DNA from: Octopus vulgaris
Taxonomy: Eukaryota
Length of the DNA: 64,000 nt
NCBI GenBank assembly: GCA_951406725.2
Contig: OX597828.1
Location: forward strand, 56,606,001-56,670,000
Direction: 5' to 3'
This document shows positions 1 to 13,516 of this stretch, piece after piece (positions within the stretch are counted from its first letter, which is position 1; the number at the start of each line of letters is the position of its first letter). Position numbers and translations under genes: made by a program. Below the pieces are notes generated by a model that worked only from the letters and a program-made list of their open reading frames with translations, was not told the DNA's origin and ran no database searches.

Positions 1-285
1 CTGTTCTTGTTACCACTGTCACTCTCCGCAATAAATCCCGAATTTTATTTAATTTGCTTCGTGAGAAGGATTGTTTCAAGGAAGTCGCGTATTGACCTTG
101 CCTTCGACGCGGCGAAGATGAAACAGGGACAATTGCTGAAGGGGAATATTCTTTATATTGCATGTCTCGTTTCTCTGTTTGCTTTTTTTTCGGTGTTCGA
201 AAAAGTTCGTTTCTGTTTTCGTTTAAAACGTTTTTTGATATCCTGTACCCATATATGCATGTATATATACACATATGTGTAGGTA

Positions 286-347
<62 letters not shown>

Positions 348-370
348 GAGCAAGAGAGAGAGAGAGAGAG

Positions 371-1136
371 TCTCTTATTATAAAAGGCAGATTTTATCTG
401 CCTCCCTTTGTCAGTTATAGGAATCTACAATATAGGATTTCTTCAATTACAATTTACCTAGCATTTTAAGAGTAGAATGCATCGGGTCATGCCAGGTCCA
501 GTTTTTAAAATTCAAACTCCAATTAAGCAAAATTTACAGAAAACTCACATTCTGGTGTGTATGTCAACTGCTTTTCTTAATGTGGTTTACACCACACGCA
601 CACACACAGTGTGCAACGAATAAAGTGAAAGTAATTCACTGTGTGTGTGTTGACAGGTAGACAATAGAATGCGATGGCGATGGCGATGGCGATGTAATAT
701 TTGTTTCTGTCTATCACGCTGATAGATACATGGGTAAAATGTATGGCAAGCTAAGAGATAAGAGTGAGTGAAAATGTTCTTGGAAGAGAGTAAATAGCGA
801 CAGAGTGATTTGAGGAAGACTAAACTGAAAGTATTTCTATAAAACGGATCACTCATGCTATCAACATAATTTCTCCCACTTTGTCTTTGCAAGTGTACCT
901 TAAACCACTACTCAAAAAATAAAAAACACAGCAAACAGAAACAAATAAATACATAACGATTTACTCCTCACACAATTTCTTCAATTAGAGTTTACCTAAG
1001 ATTTTTCAAAGTACTCCATTCGGTCATGCCATAACAAATTTCTTTCAATTTCACCCCCAATTAAGACAAAATTCGAGAAAACTCAATATTTTAACATTTC
1101 ACTCCGAAAGCATTGATGTACATGTGTGCGTGCGTG

Positions 1137-1178
<42 letters not shown>

Positions 1179-2219
1179 ATTGGTTGTGCGACACAGAAAG
1201 TGTGGTGTGTAAGTGAAGTGCTTTTGTTAGTGTATGTAAAGAGACAGACAGAGTGAAAGACAGAAATAACTGAACTTTTTTTATTCACTTTTTGTAGTGA
1301 GTGACTGAGAGAGAAAAGAGAGAGAGAGGTTATGTATGTATATATGTATGTATGGCTTCAGTGACACACACACACAAAAACACATACCTACGTACACCTA
1401 AAGCACGCACACACACACACGCAAGCGGAGCGTGAACTTCAAAATGTTGGTAGTATTAATTTGCGAGCGTACTTCTAAGCGCGCGTAATTGAAAGTTTTC
1501 ACTATGATATCATCACATGCGAAAAAATTCGAAGGGTTTTGAACAATTGAGATACAGATGTCACGCCTGTATTGAAACCATTGCTAAGCTGCCGTAATTG
1601 CTTAATTAAGACTTTGTTTAAATTGAAAGGGGCAAATATGTGACGAGGTTGAAAAAAAATACCCCAGAAAAAAAAAATGTACTGCTGCTATTTATATAAT
1701 TCACTACTATTTTGCTACAATGTCATGAAAAAGAAAAAAATTAGGTATGTACAACATATATTATACATTTTTTCTATTCATTCAACGAAAATAAAAAAAT
1801 CGAATTCGCCACCCCCTTTTCCCCGTTCGCGTTTGTGTAAAAAAAAATTATTATTTAAGTTTTAAAAATTATTTACTTTGTTCAAAAAATATTAATATTA
1901 ATTAATTTTCAAGGATTATTTAATTTTATTCTGTAAAATAGTAATTAATTCATTTATCTGTAAATCCGCGAGGTTGTTACTCAGGCACCTAGAAATAGCA
2001 GCCAGATTTTTATATTCTAAATAATTTGCAATTTCAAAAAATATATTAATTTTGCGTTATTTAATTTGATAAATTCTACGGAATAATTTTGCGCGTTATA
2101 TACGTTCGCGTTTCTGTAAAAAAAGTAATTATTTAAGGGCGATCGAGAATCGAGTACCTACGTCTGGCTCGCACGCGCGAATCCGCGTGTGCGCAACCGG
2201 GACCACTCGGCGATACAAG
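371..2219 (+). mobile_element. Probable non-autonomous Helitron (~1.85 kb) with internal diverged duplications
   Basis: Starts TCTCTTATTATAAAAGGCAG (Helitron-like 5' TC). Ends with hairpin CCGGGACCACTCGG + CGATA-CAAG|T (degenerate CTAG). Internal diverged repeats ~433-550 vs ~975-1090 and 1824-1859 vs 2103-2137. Confidence 0.5.
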
Positions 2220-2292
2220 TACCCATATATACATCCATACATACATGTGTGTGTGTGTGTCTATGTATGTGTATTAATGTGTGTGTGTGTTA

Positions 2293-2648
2293 TCTCTATA
2301 TAAAGCTAAAGTTGTCTGTGCGCCACGTTTGGTAACCTTTAACTAACACTATCTCCTCCGAGACCCTGCGGCGCAAGTTGACCAAACTTGAGAGTATGAT
2401 AGAAGAAGGGTTGCTCTTCCTTCCCTAGAACATAAAATTCAAATCGGACCACGTTAACACCAAAAATTATTTACATCAAAAAGATGCTTTTTTCTATGAA
2501 AATCCCTATTTTTAACGATTTTTTCACTGCTGTGTCGCCACTTTTCGGTGTATTTCGACCAGAAAAATGTTCACAAAATTTTTACTTTTCAAAATTACAA
2601 TTCCAGCGGGTCGAAACAAACCCGAGCAACGCCGGGCGATACTGCTAG
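2293..2648 (+). mobile_element. Non-autonomous Helitron
   Basis: A|TCTCTATATAAAGC ... CCCGAGCAACGCCGGG hairpin, CGATACTG, CTAG|T. Inserted between A and T with no TSD. Confidence 0.85.
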
Positions 2649-2738
2649 TTATAGATAAATATAAAGATTATAAATAGACTATCACATGCATACATACATA
2701 CATGTACACATACATACATACATACATACATACATACA

Positions 2739-2772
<34 letters not shown>

Positions 2773-2774
2773 GG

Positions 2775-3163
2775 CTGCTGTGAATACCTCCTCCAGACAC
2801 TTGATGTAGGCCTCCGTGCTGAGTTTGAGGCCATGTGGGAAGATGAATAAAGGTATAACGTTGCCATCACTAGTGATCTCTCTAAACACCATAATGTTGA
2901 CTGGATGTTTTATTTTTATCTCACTCGGTACACGTCCTTACATTGCGCTGTTCTCAGATTGACACCCCAAAACTCGGAAATGTTCGTATTGGAGCCACCG
3001 GCGTGAATGCCAAGCAGTACAGCATGTCGTTTCCAAATTTCGGGCAGAATGAATTGTACAATGAACTGACCCTTCTGACCTGTGTAGACGACACAATCAA
3101 ATACAATGCGCTTGCATGAAATTGAAAATATAAAATGGTGACAATTTACACCTCACACCCTGT
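2775..3163 (-). mobile_element. Tc1/mariner transposon relic (DDE fragment + TIR)
   Basis: Minus-strand peptide MVFREITSDGNVIPLFIFPHGLKLSTEAYIKCLEEV resembles the transposase catalytic region. Terminus reads TA-CAGGGTGTGAGGTGTAAATTGTC on the minus strand at ~3163. Confidence 0.65.
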
Positions 3164-3610
3164 ACATTTGTACACAGAGAGAGCGAATGTAATAAGTAGA
3201 TAGACTGATGATAGATTGAAATATCTCTCACTAACCTACTGAAATGGTTTTCTCATAGTTGTATGTAAACAAACATATAGTAGTGTTTTAAACGGCATAA
3301 CAGCTGCATTACAGATCTATCCGTAGAAAAGACATTCTTATGCACAATAAAATATACATTAGTATATAAAAAAATAATGGTATTTGTTATTATCGATCTA
3401 GTAGATTTCCTAGTGTATCAAAATTTGTCATGGAGAAATTTAGCGATAGCAAAGATACCAACCCACATATCATGAAATATAAGTCAGGGTTGCCGCTATG
3501 GAATACGAGAAACACCGTCATAATTTGGTTTACATGTATAAGCGTTTGAAGGTTGTATATTCAATTTGTAATCCCTGAGTATTGTGCGTCCACCACTAAA
3601 TATTGAGATC

Positions 3611-3936
3611 CCCTTTGGTCATGACTAACCACGGGATTGCACCTAGAAAGTTACCCTCCCAGGCACAAGTCCGTGCAAGGTTGTTTATGGAAGACAAGCA
3701 GTCGCCCATGCATACTGGCCTCCCCTCCTCACACCACTGATGTTAACCAAAGGAAAGGCAACAGCAGATACAGCTTCGTACCTATGACGTCGCAACTCAT
3801 TTCTACAGCTGAGTGAAGTGGAGCAACGTGAAATAAAATGTCTTGCTCAAGAACACAACACGCAGCCCGGTCCGGAATTCGAACTCAGAACCCCACGATC
3901 GTAAGATCGACGCCCTAACCACTGAGCCATTCGCCT
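3611..3936 (-). mobile_element. tRNA-derived SINE (family C, CORE/V-like central domain)
   Basis: Minus strand GGCGAATGGCTCAGTGGTTAGG (A box)...GAGTTCGAATTCC (B box), then TTCTTGAGCAAGACATTTTATTTCAC. A decayed relative lies at ~35740-35905. Confidence 0.8.
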
Positions 3937-4739
3937 TCCCTTGCGTCCACCACTATCTAATAGATAATAATGAATGCTATTTAAACATGCATAACACTAT
4001 CACCAGAATTGCACCTGCACAAAGTCAAGCTACGTAATTTACATATAATTCCCTAATACTATATTCGAATTCCACATGGATGAAGATACACTGCAAATAA
4101 TTCTTATCTTAACTTTTAATCAAAGGCTTAGTGATTGGTTGATTGATGACGTCCTCATCTTATAAATGCATTCTTATAAATTGTTAATGAAGGTATGTCT
4201 ATATATTGATTGTTGGGCGCATCTGTACTCTTTTGTGTAAATATATATTCGTTTAGAATACAAACATGAAATTAACTGAAAAGCGTGACATTGTTATTCA
4301 CTGGTGCAGTCTTATTAGACTGTCACTTCCAAACCTACAACATTTAATAATAGACACATAGCACACACATTTAGTTTGGCCTACTTCTTTCTTTCTTCGT
4401 ATGTAGGCAGACTTAATGTATGTAGCCAGACTTGACGAAATACATACTAATTAAAATCAGTTCTGAATCTTACATTTACTGTTATCATACGTTACAAAGG
4501 AATACCAGATTTGACGACATGGTAGAGTCAAAATAAAAGAAAAGAAAATCAATGATTTTTTCTGTTAAATATGTCTATAGAATAAGGATTAATATATAGA
4601 TATACGTATATTAAAATTTATGCATATATAAGTTAAGGACGCTGTCTATCACGAAGTCTTTGATCATAGGCGAAAATTTAAATTATTTGCAGTGTTTCTT
4701 CATTCATGTTGAATTCTAATATAATAGTAGGGAATTACA

Positions 4740-5093
4740 TTGAAATTACGATGCTTCACTTTGTGCAGGTGCACTCCCGGTGATAGAGCTCGAATACAAG
4801 GTTCGATTTAATAGCGAGACCTTTGTGGCATTTGACTTAAACCGTGCGTCAGTTTGCACCAGGTTTTATGAGCGAAAGTAGGTAGATGTGAATTGTGTAG
4901 GAAGCCATCGGAAGGAATGTATTTGCAATTCAAATGGTCCTCTTTTTATTGTAGGATAACGTCGGGAGATAGTGATTTGGTACTTACAAACGGTGCCTAA
5001 CTGACCCAACTGTACTGTGTAATCGACAAAATCAAAACCAAACTATGCGCATTAGAAATAGAAAATGGTGACTATTTACTCATCGCTCCCAGT
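4740..5093 (-). mobile_element. Decayed Tc1/mariner-like relic
   Basis: End AAAATGGTGACTATTTACTCATCGCTCCCAGTA resembles the terminus at 3131-3163. Confidence 0.35.
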
Positions 5094-5097
5094 ATGG

Positions 5098-5135
<38 letters not shown>

Positions 5136-5636
5136 CTTTGTGTGTGTGTGTGTGTGTGTATGCGTGCGCCCCTAAATGTGCATGCTTGTGCGTGTGTGAT
5201 ACAGGTTTCATAGCCGAGGGTCAAGTCTTTGGCCTAGTGTATTTCCCTGTAGAACTCTCAGGTCAGCAGCAATACTCTGTTCGGCAAAAGTGCCAGAGTA
5301 ACGTGCGTATATATGTGTAAGTCCGTATTTGTGTGTGTGTGGATGTGTTTGATAGTGTATGTCATCCATAAATAAGCTTTATGGTAATACTCAAAATTGA
5401 ATTAAAGTATTTCTGTTTCCTTTCGCCAATGGCTACCAATTCTGCTACATTAATTAGAAAACTAAATTTTTAACGAACGTTTTTAAAAACTCAACATATT
5501 TCAAAGAATTTAATTTTTGGCAATTAAGAAAATATGTTTTTCATAAAATTTACTTTATTAATGGCATCACTTTTTAATTACGCATTGCCTTCAACAATTG
5601 CCTACATTGTATGGTGTGCGTATGTCTATGTGTGTA

Positions 5637-5640
<4 letters not shown>

Positions 5641-5722
<82 letters not shown>
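5641..5722. repeat. (TG)n microsatellite
   Basis: About 40 uninterrupted TG units. Confidence 0.95.
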
Positions 5723-5724
<2 letters not shown>

Positions 5725-6208
5725 AATGTGTGTGTCAGTGTGTTTGTGTTTCTGTGTGTATGTGTATATGTACTTATATCTTCTGCTGAAAGACAACTTT
5801 CCATTACATACATACAGAATTTTAAAACATTTCGCTGAATCAGTTGTTTTTACAACTATTTTCTGATTTCAAAGTTTATTTTCCTTCTCATTTAACTGGA
5901 AAACAACATATTTCTTTAAATTTACAAAAACTAAAACTTTAATGACACTGATAGAGTGGTGCAAGCTTGCAGAAACGTTAGTATGCCGGACAAAGTAGCC
6001 TAGCAGCTTTTCGTCTGCTTTTCCGTTCAGAGTGCAAATTACACCGTTCATCCTTCTTCGGACAATAAAAAAAATACTAGTTTAGTACCGGGTTGACCTA
6101 CTCGACTAGGTCCCCACCATCACCACTGCTTGCAGTTTTCATGTCTTGCACCCTATAGTAAAAATATATAATCATTGCTAGAATTTATTAGTTCCATCGC
6201 ATACATGA

Positions 6209-6379
6209 GGCGTAGGAGTGGCTGTTTGGTAAGTAGCTTGCTTACCAACCACATGGTTCCGGGTTCACTCCCACTGCGTAGCACTTTTGGAAAGTGTCTT
6301 CTACTATAGGATCGGGCCGACCACAGCCTTGTGAGTGGATTTGGTAGACGGAAACTGAACGAAGCCCGTCGTATATGTG

Positions 6380-6440
<61 letters not shown>

Positions 6441-6690
6441 CTGTGTGTGTGTGTGTGTGTGTGTGCCTGTGTTTGTGTCTGTGTTTGCCGCCCCCCCCCC
6501 CCCAACATCGCTTGACAACCGATGCTGGTGTGTTTACGTCCACGTAACTTTGCGGTTCGGCAAAAAGAGACCGATAGAATAAGTACTAGGCTTACAAAGA
6601 ATAAGTCCTGGGGTCGAATTGCTCGACTAAAGGCAGTGCTCCAGCATGGCCGCAGTCAAATGACTTAAACAAATAAAGGAGTGAAGAGTA
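6209..6690 (+). mobile_element. Full-length tRNA-derived SINE (family B) with internal (TA)n(TG)n tract
   Basis: Head GGCGTAGGAGTGGCTGTTTGGTAAG...GGGTTCACTCCC, central microsatellite, tail GTGCTCCAGCATGGCCGCAGTCAAATGAC. Same family at 8737, 16240, 19300, 36520, 36897, 39980, 46725, 49727, 60478. Confidence 0.9.
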
Positions 6691-6806
6691 TGGCATTTAC
6701 AAAAACATGAAATACAAACACACCTAAACTGCAATTTTATAATACAATTCATTCGAGAAGAAGCAAACATTTTGTAGGGTACACATTATATATATATATA
6801 TGTTTT

Positions 6807-6904
6807 TTCATGTTGTCCATCATGGCGGAATTTAATCCAGAACATAGTGAGCTATACCAAATAAGAAAAGCATTTTGTCGTATATAATAAAATCTGAGAC
6901 ATAG

Positions 6905-6952
<48 letters not shown>

Positions 6953-7039
6953 CTTTTATTATATACGACAAAATACCTTTCTTATTTGGTATAGCTCACT
7001 ATGTTCTGGATTAAGTTCCCCCATGATGGACAACGTGAA
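6807..7039. repeat. 86-bp inverted repeat centred on (TA)n
   Basis: 6807-6892 is the reverse complement of 6954-7039 with a few mismatches. AGCTTATA/TATAAGCT flank the TA spacer. Confidence 0.9.
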
Positions 7040-7762
7040 CATTTGGAGTACCATTGGTTAACTCCCTGAATCTCATATGGATGCAATTTTGAAATTCTGT
7101 TTTTATTCATTATTTATATTTTATCATATCATTGTTGTCTCATCCTAAGTGGGTAAACATTTTTATCTCATCCTAAGTGGGTAATCACTTAAAGAGTTTA
7201 TATACTATTGGTTTTCATTCCTTTTTTTTATATATTTGATACTGTGAAAGTCCTAGCTCGTCAGCTGTCAATATTGTGGTAATTGAAAGAAAATCGTTTA
7301 ATTAACTGTAATCTTTAGGATCCTGAGTTGTATTAGCATTGACATCTGACAGAATAGAACAGTTTAAACATTCTTTACATCTCATTTAAATCCCTTAGCA
7401 AATTTATAGTTTCCTCCATATAGAGAGCATGTATATTTCTTTCTGCATGGACACAGGAGCTGAAGTTTTGCTTGAAGATGCTAGCGAATTATACTGAGTC
7501 CAGTGCTCAATTGGTAATTATTTTATTCACCCAAAGTATAAAAGACGAAGGCAACATTAGAGGAATTTAAACCAAGATTGTAAAACTGGAACAAATGTCG
7601 CTATGAATTTTGTTTGGTATGCTAACGATTCTGTTAGCGCGGCGCCTGTTGAGGATGTATCATATTAGTTTCAAATTTTCGGAAAAATTTCAGTATAGGA
7701 CGCATGTAGATTATATTTGCCCCAGTGCTCAACTGGTACTTAATATTTGTTGCTATCAATGT

Positions 7763-8149
7763 GGCGAACTGGCAGAGGCGTTAGCACGCCGGGCGAAATA
7801 CTTAGCAGTATTCCGTCTGTCTTTACGTTCTGAGTTCAAATTCCGCCGAGGTCGACTTTGCCTTTCATCCTTTCGGGGTCGATTAAATAAGTACCAGTTA
7901 CGCACTGGTGTCGATATAATCGACTTAATCGATTTGTCTGTCCTTGTTTGTCCTGTCTGTGTTTAGCCCCTTGTGGGTAATAAAGAAATAAGTATTTCGT
8001 CTCTGTTTTCATTCTGAGTACAAATAACGCCGAGGTCAACTTTGCCTTTTATCATTTCGGGATCGCTAAATTGAGTAACAGTTGCGTACTAGGGTCGTAC
8101 TGGGCCTCAACCTAAAAATTTCGAGTCGTGTGCTTAGAGTAGAAAAGAA
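7763..8149 (+). mobile_element. tRNA-derived SINE (family A, Meta-SINE-like domain), dimeric
   Basis: GGCGAACTGGCAGAGGCGTTAGC head, GAGTTCAAATTCC B box, GGTCGACTTTGCCTTTCATCCTTTCGGGGTCGAT domain. A second headless unit starts at ~7991. Degenerate TSD AATATTTGTT. Confidence 0.88.
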
Positions 8150-8692
8150 TATTTGTTAGTATCTATTGCTCAGTTTAACCTTTTTGTCATTGCATTATGT
8201 ATTTTACTGTAGGGTGGTAACTGGCTACAGCATCAGATATGTGGCCTGTGCAATATTATTGGATGGCAATGTAGCTTATAATTTATTTAAATTGTTGGTT
8301 TTGTATTAATATCAGTAGCCTGTTAAGTTAACATACCTGTTATGAATTATGTTATTTTGTTGATTAATGAATGAATGCCTACTCATTTACGTTCTTAGTT
8401 AAGCAATGTTAAGCACGAACAAAATATATTTAATGCTATTATATTCATATTTGTGTGTGAGAGTAATTGTAAACATCTATGGTCTGTCAATATTATTTGA
8501 CGCATGAATGGTGTCCAATAATTACTTCGCAGCTGTTTACAATAAATGTTTTCGGGAACTGGCGTATATATGTATCTTTATAAGCATTATATACATACAT
8601 ACACGTATAATATATCTATATATATATATATATATATATACAGAGAGAGAGAGAGAGAGAGATGCATATATATACATATGCATATATGTATA

Positions 8693-8736
<44 letters not shown>

Positions 8737-8738
<2 letters not shown>

Positions 8739-8901
8739 CGCAGGAGTGGCTGTGTGGTAAGTAGCTTGCTTACCAACCACATGGTTCCGGGTTCATTCCC
8801 ACTGCGTGGCACTTTGGGCAAGTGTCTTCTACTATACCCTCGGGCCGACCAAAGCCTTGTGAGTGGATTTGGTAGACGGAAACAGAAGGAAGCCTGTCTT
8901 G

Positions 8902-8902
<1 letters not shown>
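8737..8902 (+). mobile_element. SINE family B, 5' half ending in (TA)n
   Basis: Near identity to 6209-6375. Confidence 0.88.
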
Positions 8903-8963
<61 letters not shown>

Positions 8964-9339
8964 ATACTATTTATTATTTCCTACAATATACTCACAGTTG
9001 AATGAAGTTGATACTTAATTTTCAACAGTTTTCGTGTTCTTTATTTCGATATTTGTAAAGCACAAATGGCAAATTGTTCCCGTAAATTAGAACACCCATA
9101 AGGTGGCATTAAGGGGGACAACTACGGCAATTAATTTTGTCTTGAAATCAGTTGTCATGATTCGATATTATTGATGAAATGATAAACGATATCGAACAGA
9201 TGCTGTGCAGACTGCACCGATTCCTACACCGATTCCTACATACTATTGATTCTGCACCGATTCCTACATACTATTGATAGTTGCAGGAAGGGAAATTGGA
9301 TCCGATCACTTCGCTAGTATGTACCATAATGTATTTATT

Positions 9340-9412
9340 CAAAATTCAATCTCCCTCAGGAATGTAATCCACACATGTTCAATTCATAATTGATATGAAC
9401 CAGAACATCCCT
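9340..9412 (-). pseudogene. Decayed YWTD-like exon fragment
   Basis: Acceptor tttgtatcag| followed by (G)MFWF and, after a frameshift, IEHVWI. Resembles G-MFW-D..IE-AWM of LRP propellers. Confidence 0.45.
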
Positions 9413-10667
9413 GATACAAAGAGCAAAATATTAATTATTCTTCTGAACTGACATTATTTTCCAGCTATACGATTAGAGTTCTCTAGAATTTCTAGATAGT
9501 ATATTCTTTGTTCCATTTAACAATAAATAAATAGACAGATTTGGCTGAGGTGAAAACAGATCTGTCAAATGCAGCAAAGTAATATACTATAACCGCTGTG
9601 CTGTGGGAGTGATTTACTTACGTGTTTCTCTCGAAGACAATTTCTTGTTGATATGGAAGAAATAAAAAATATATATATAATGTATGTTAAAAACACACAT
9701 GGCTGGAATGAATAGGCTAAAAACTGATGTTGAATTCAATATACGGATAAATACTACATATATAAACAAGGGCATGAGAGAAAAAAATATCGATTAGATC
9801 ATTCCTTGAGGAACAGCGCAACACGTAGCTTCAATGCGTTCGAATGTCAATCTCAGTGAAATAATGTACTAGAGGACTTGAAGTACGTCGTTTGCCTGTT
9901 TTCATCTTGAGTTCAAGTTTAGTGCTTCAGTAGACTTTACCTGTCATCCTACAGCCATTGATGTTTTCTGATTATAAGCTGTATCTGATTCAATCGAAGC
10001 TGCCGCTACTGCTTCTGATATTATTACTAATAACGTTATTGCATCATGATATAATACCATCTAATGTAAGACGCCATTCTTTCCCAGCATTTATTTTCGA
10101 GCATCAATGCCATTATATTCCATTTCAGTCCACAAGCATGAATGTCAATCACATTATATTAATTTCTGACTTCACCACGACTGGTAAATTGCGTAGACGT
10201 ACGTCGATTCTTTCGTTAAATAACATATTTTATTATACAGACACCAGATCAAACACAGATTCAAACACAAATAAAAAGAGACAGCAAAACACGTCTTTAA
10301 CTCAGTCCACCATCGTAATGTAGGAAAGTCATAACAATGACATTTTTACACAGCTTCATAAATTAAAATTTGTCCTCTTAGTAGTAGATTTAACACTGAT
10401 TAGACGATCTATGCTCTTCAAATTTTCAACCAATGCTCAAGCACATTATCAAAGCTGTTGCTTCAAACCAATGTCATCATCTCCAGCAATTTTGAGAGGA
10501 AATGTAGAATTCAGTCCTTGTTTGTGTTTTCCGAAGCAGCTATTAGTCATAGGTATATATACATACAAGCACACATATGTAACATGCTATTATAAACATA
10601 TATATATATATATATATTCAATAAGGATTTTGTGAGGGATATATACCAAAATAGAATATTTACTTGG

Positions 10668-11303
<636 letters not shown>

Positions 11304-11465
11304 GAGATAGATTGAGAGAGAGAAGCAGAGGTGTGGCTCTGTGATAAGAAGCTTGCATCCTACGGAAGTGTCTCCTACGATAGCCTCGGGCAGACCAACG
11401 GGTTGCGTATTTGGTAAACGTAAACTGAAAAAAGCGCGCTGTATATATATATATACGTGTGAGTA

Positions 11466-11840
11466 TCTCTCTACATATAAACGGCAGTTTGTCTGTGCGT
11501 GTTTCTGTGTGTCTGTTTTCTCGTACCCTCACCCTGACCACGGCTTTCAACCGATTCTGATGAAACTTGACACACACATAGCCCAATGTCATAATTCAAA
11601 ACTAACACAGCCAAAATTTTGAAAAGTTTCCCCAGTTCTGAAAAAAATCGATAAATTCGACATGGGGTCGAGAATCAGAAACACGAACCACAAACTGTCT
11701 AGGGGACGCAACTCCTTCCTTTTTTAACTCTCAAAAAAAAATTTACCATCATTTTTTTCCATTTTTTGGCTATAACTCTCTAAAAATGCTTTATAGTTAT
11801 TTCCCTTACAAACCTGAGCAACGCCGGGCGATACTGCTAG
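11466..11840 (+). mobile_element. Non-autonomous Helitron
   Basis: A|TCTCTCTACATATAAACGGC ... CCTGAGCAACGCCGGGCGATACTGCTAG|T. Same 3' end as 2293-2648. Confidence 0.85.
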
Positions 11841-11848
11841 TGTACATA

Positions 11849-11891
<43 letters not shown>

Positions 11892-12031
11892 CGTACGCTG
11901 CGTCTTACCTCCCTTTGTCAGTCATTAGGTATAGTGCTTTAGTGGCTTTATAGTTAATTTAAATCTTTCTTTAGCACAAGCGGTGCTATCCATCACCCTC
12001 TGCCTCTTTTATAACCTCTATTAATGATATT

Positions 12032-12081
<50 letters not shown>

Positions 12082-12115
12082 TGTATATATATATATATAC
12101 ACACATATATACATA

Positions 12116-12153
<38 letters not shown>

Positions 12154-12157
12154 TATA

Positions 12158-12244
12158 AGTGGCTGAAGATTGCTCGACATTTTAAACTGATATAATACTT
12201 ACAGTGTTTAATAAAATGAAGTAGCATGAAACAATTGTACTACT
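12158..12244 (+). ncRNA. Type-I hammerhead-like motif (canonical CUGAAGA core, long loop II) in a short Penelope-type relic
   Basis: AGTGG-CTGAAGA-T-TGCT..(~48 nt)..AGCA-T-GAAA-CAATTG-TA-CTACT. Stem I AGTGG/CTACT, palindromic stem III ACAATTGT, GUA site. Confidence 0.6.
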
Positions 12245-12374
12245 CTACCTTGGATATACTTGTTGCTTATTTTGATTATAATCACCTCATTTGATTTATA
12301 TGGATAATACCATACAAAATTCTGGTGCCTGTAACTTAAGTACCATATTCATCTGAATCTAAATTTTGCTGAAC

Positions 12375-12460
<86 letters not shown>

Positions 12461-12799
12461 TGTGTGTATAAATATATGCTTATATGAATACTTACATGCA
12501 CATACACACAGATGCATACACACGCTCGTATATGGTTTGGATCAAGATCGTAGAAGTATCTTGCGGATACACGCTATTCCAAGATATTCCTAGCGCACCT
12601 GGTACGGTTACAAACTTTTCATTAGATTAAATATATTTCCAGAAAATTTGAATTTATAACGTAAATTACGAAATTAATGATTTATTACTTTACAAAAACT
12701 TTACATTTTCATATGCCATTATTTGGCAGCCCACTCCTAATTTGTTTCGTAGACCACGTTCTATTTCTCATTTATTTTCAATCTGAACTATTAAATTCT

Positions 12800-13000
12800 T
12801 TATCCCAAATGTGTCACCCAGTACTAAAATTGTTTTCTTTTCTTTATCTGAAACAATCGCATGCTTCACTCCCTTGGGCAACCAAATCTACTGAAAATAT
12901 CAGTTTTAATATCATTTCTATTCTCAATGAGACAGGACTTAACCAGATTTTCTCGACTACATTATATTCATATTAAATCCAGCCAATTCTGCAGCTTCTG
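12800..13000 (-). pseudogene. Decayed YWTD-like exon fragment
   Basis: Minus strand RIGWI*YE*YVVEKIWLS...FGCPRE...*YWVTH across frameshifts. Confidence 0.45.
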
Positions 13001-13185
13001 TGCACCTGCTGTACATATCAGTGAATCATAATCAAATAACAATTCGTCATAAATGTATGATCATCTCAAGAGAGCAAAGCAATTGAATATTTTCTTATAT
13101 CGTAAGTAGATTTATGAAACAGATTCTTAAATACCTAAACATAATACATTTATATATGCATATGCAGACACAGACATACACAAAC

Positions 13186-13302
<117 letters not shown>

Positions 13303-13415
13303 TGTGTTTGTGTGTGTGTGTGTATATATAAGGATGAAAAGGAACACACGAGTTGATATATATGAAAAAATAAGTTAAAATAGAAAATGCTAAAATAATT
13401 TTATAAAGAACATTT

Positions 13416-13453
13416 CAGTACCGGTTTCAGTCATTTTGAGACCTTTTCAACTG
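13416..13453 (-). ncRNA. Minimal hammerhead-like motif, U3-A8 core variant (left inverted pLTR)
   Basis: Minus strand CAG-TTGAAAA-GGTC-TCAAAAT-GACT-GAAA-CCGG-TA-CTG. Confidence 0.65.
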
Positions 13454-13516
13454 TAACGATTAAATAATTAAATTTAGAAAAATTAAAAGACACCATCCTC
13501 CAAAAAAGACCACAGA

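Noticed and set aside
7-282. 91-aa ORF at the window start
   Set aside because: No recognisable domain; it runs into a microsatellite and looks like a truncated interspersed repeat.
3870-3936. tRNA-like sequences (also 6209, 17600-17675, 40330-40405)
   Set aside because: A/B boxes run directly into SINE bodies and acceptor stems are incomplete, so these are SINE heads rather than tRNA genes.
9212-9278. Short tandem duplication CTGCACCGATTCCTACATACTATTGAT
   Set aside because: Two and a half imperfect copies, consistent with ordinary slippage.
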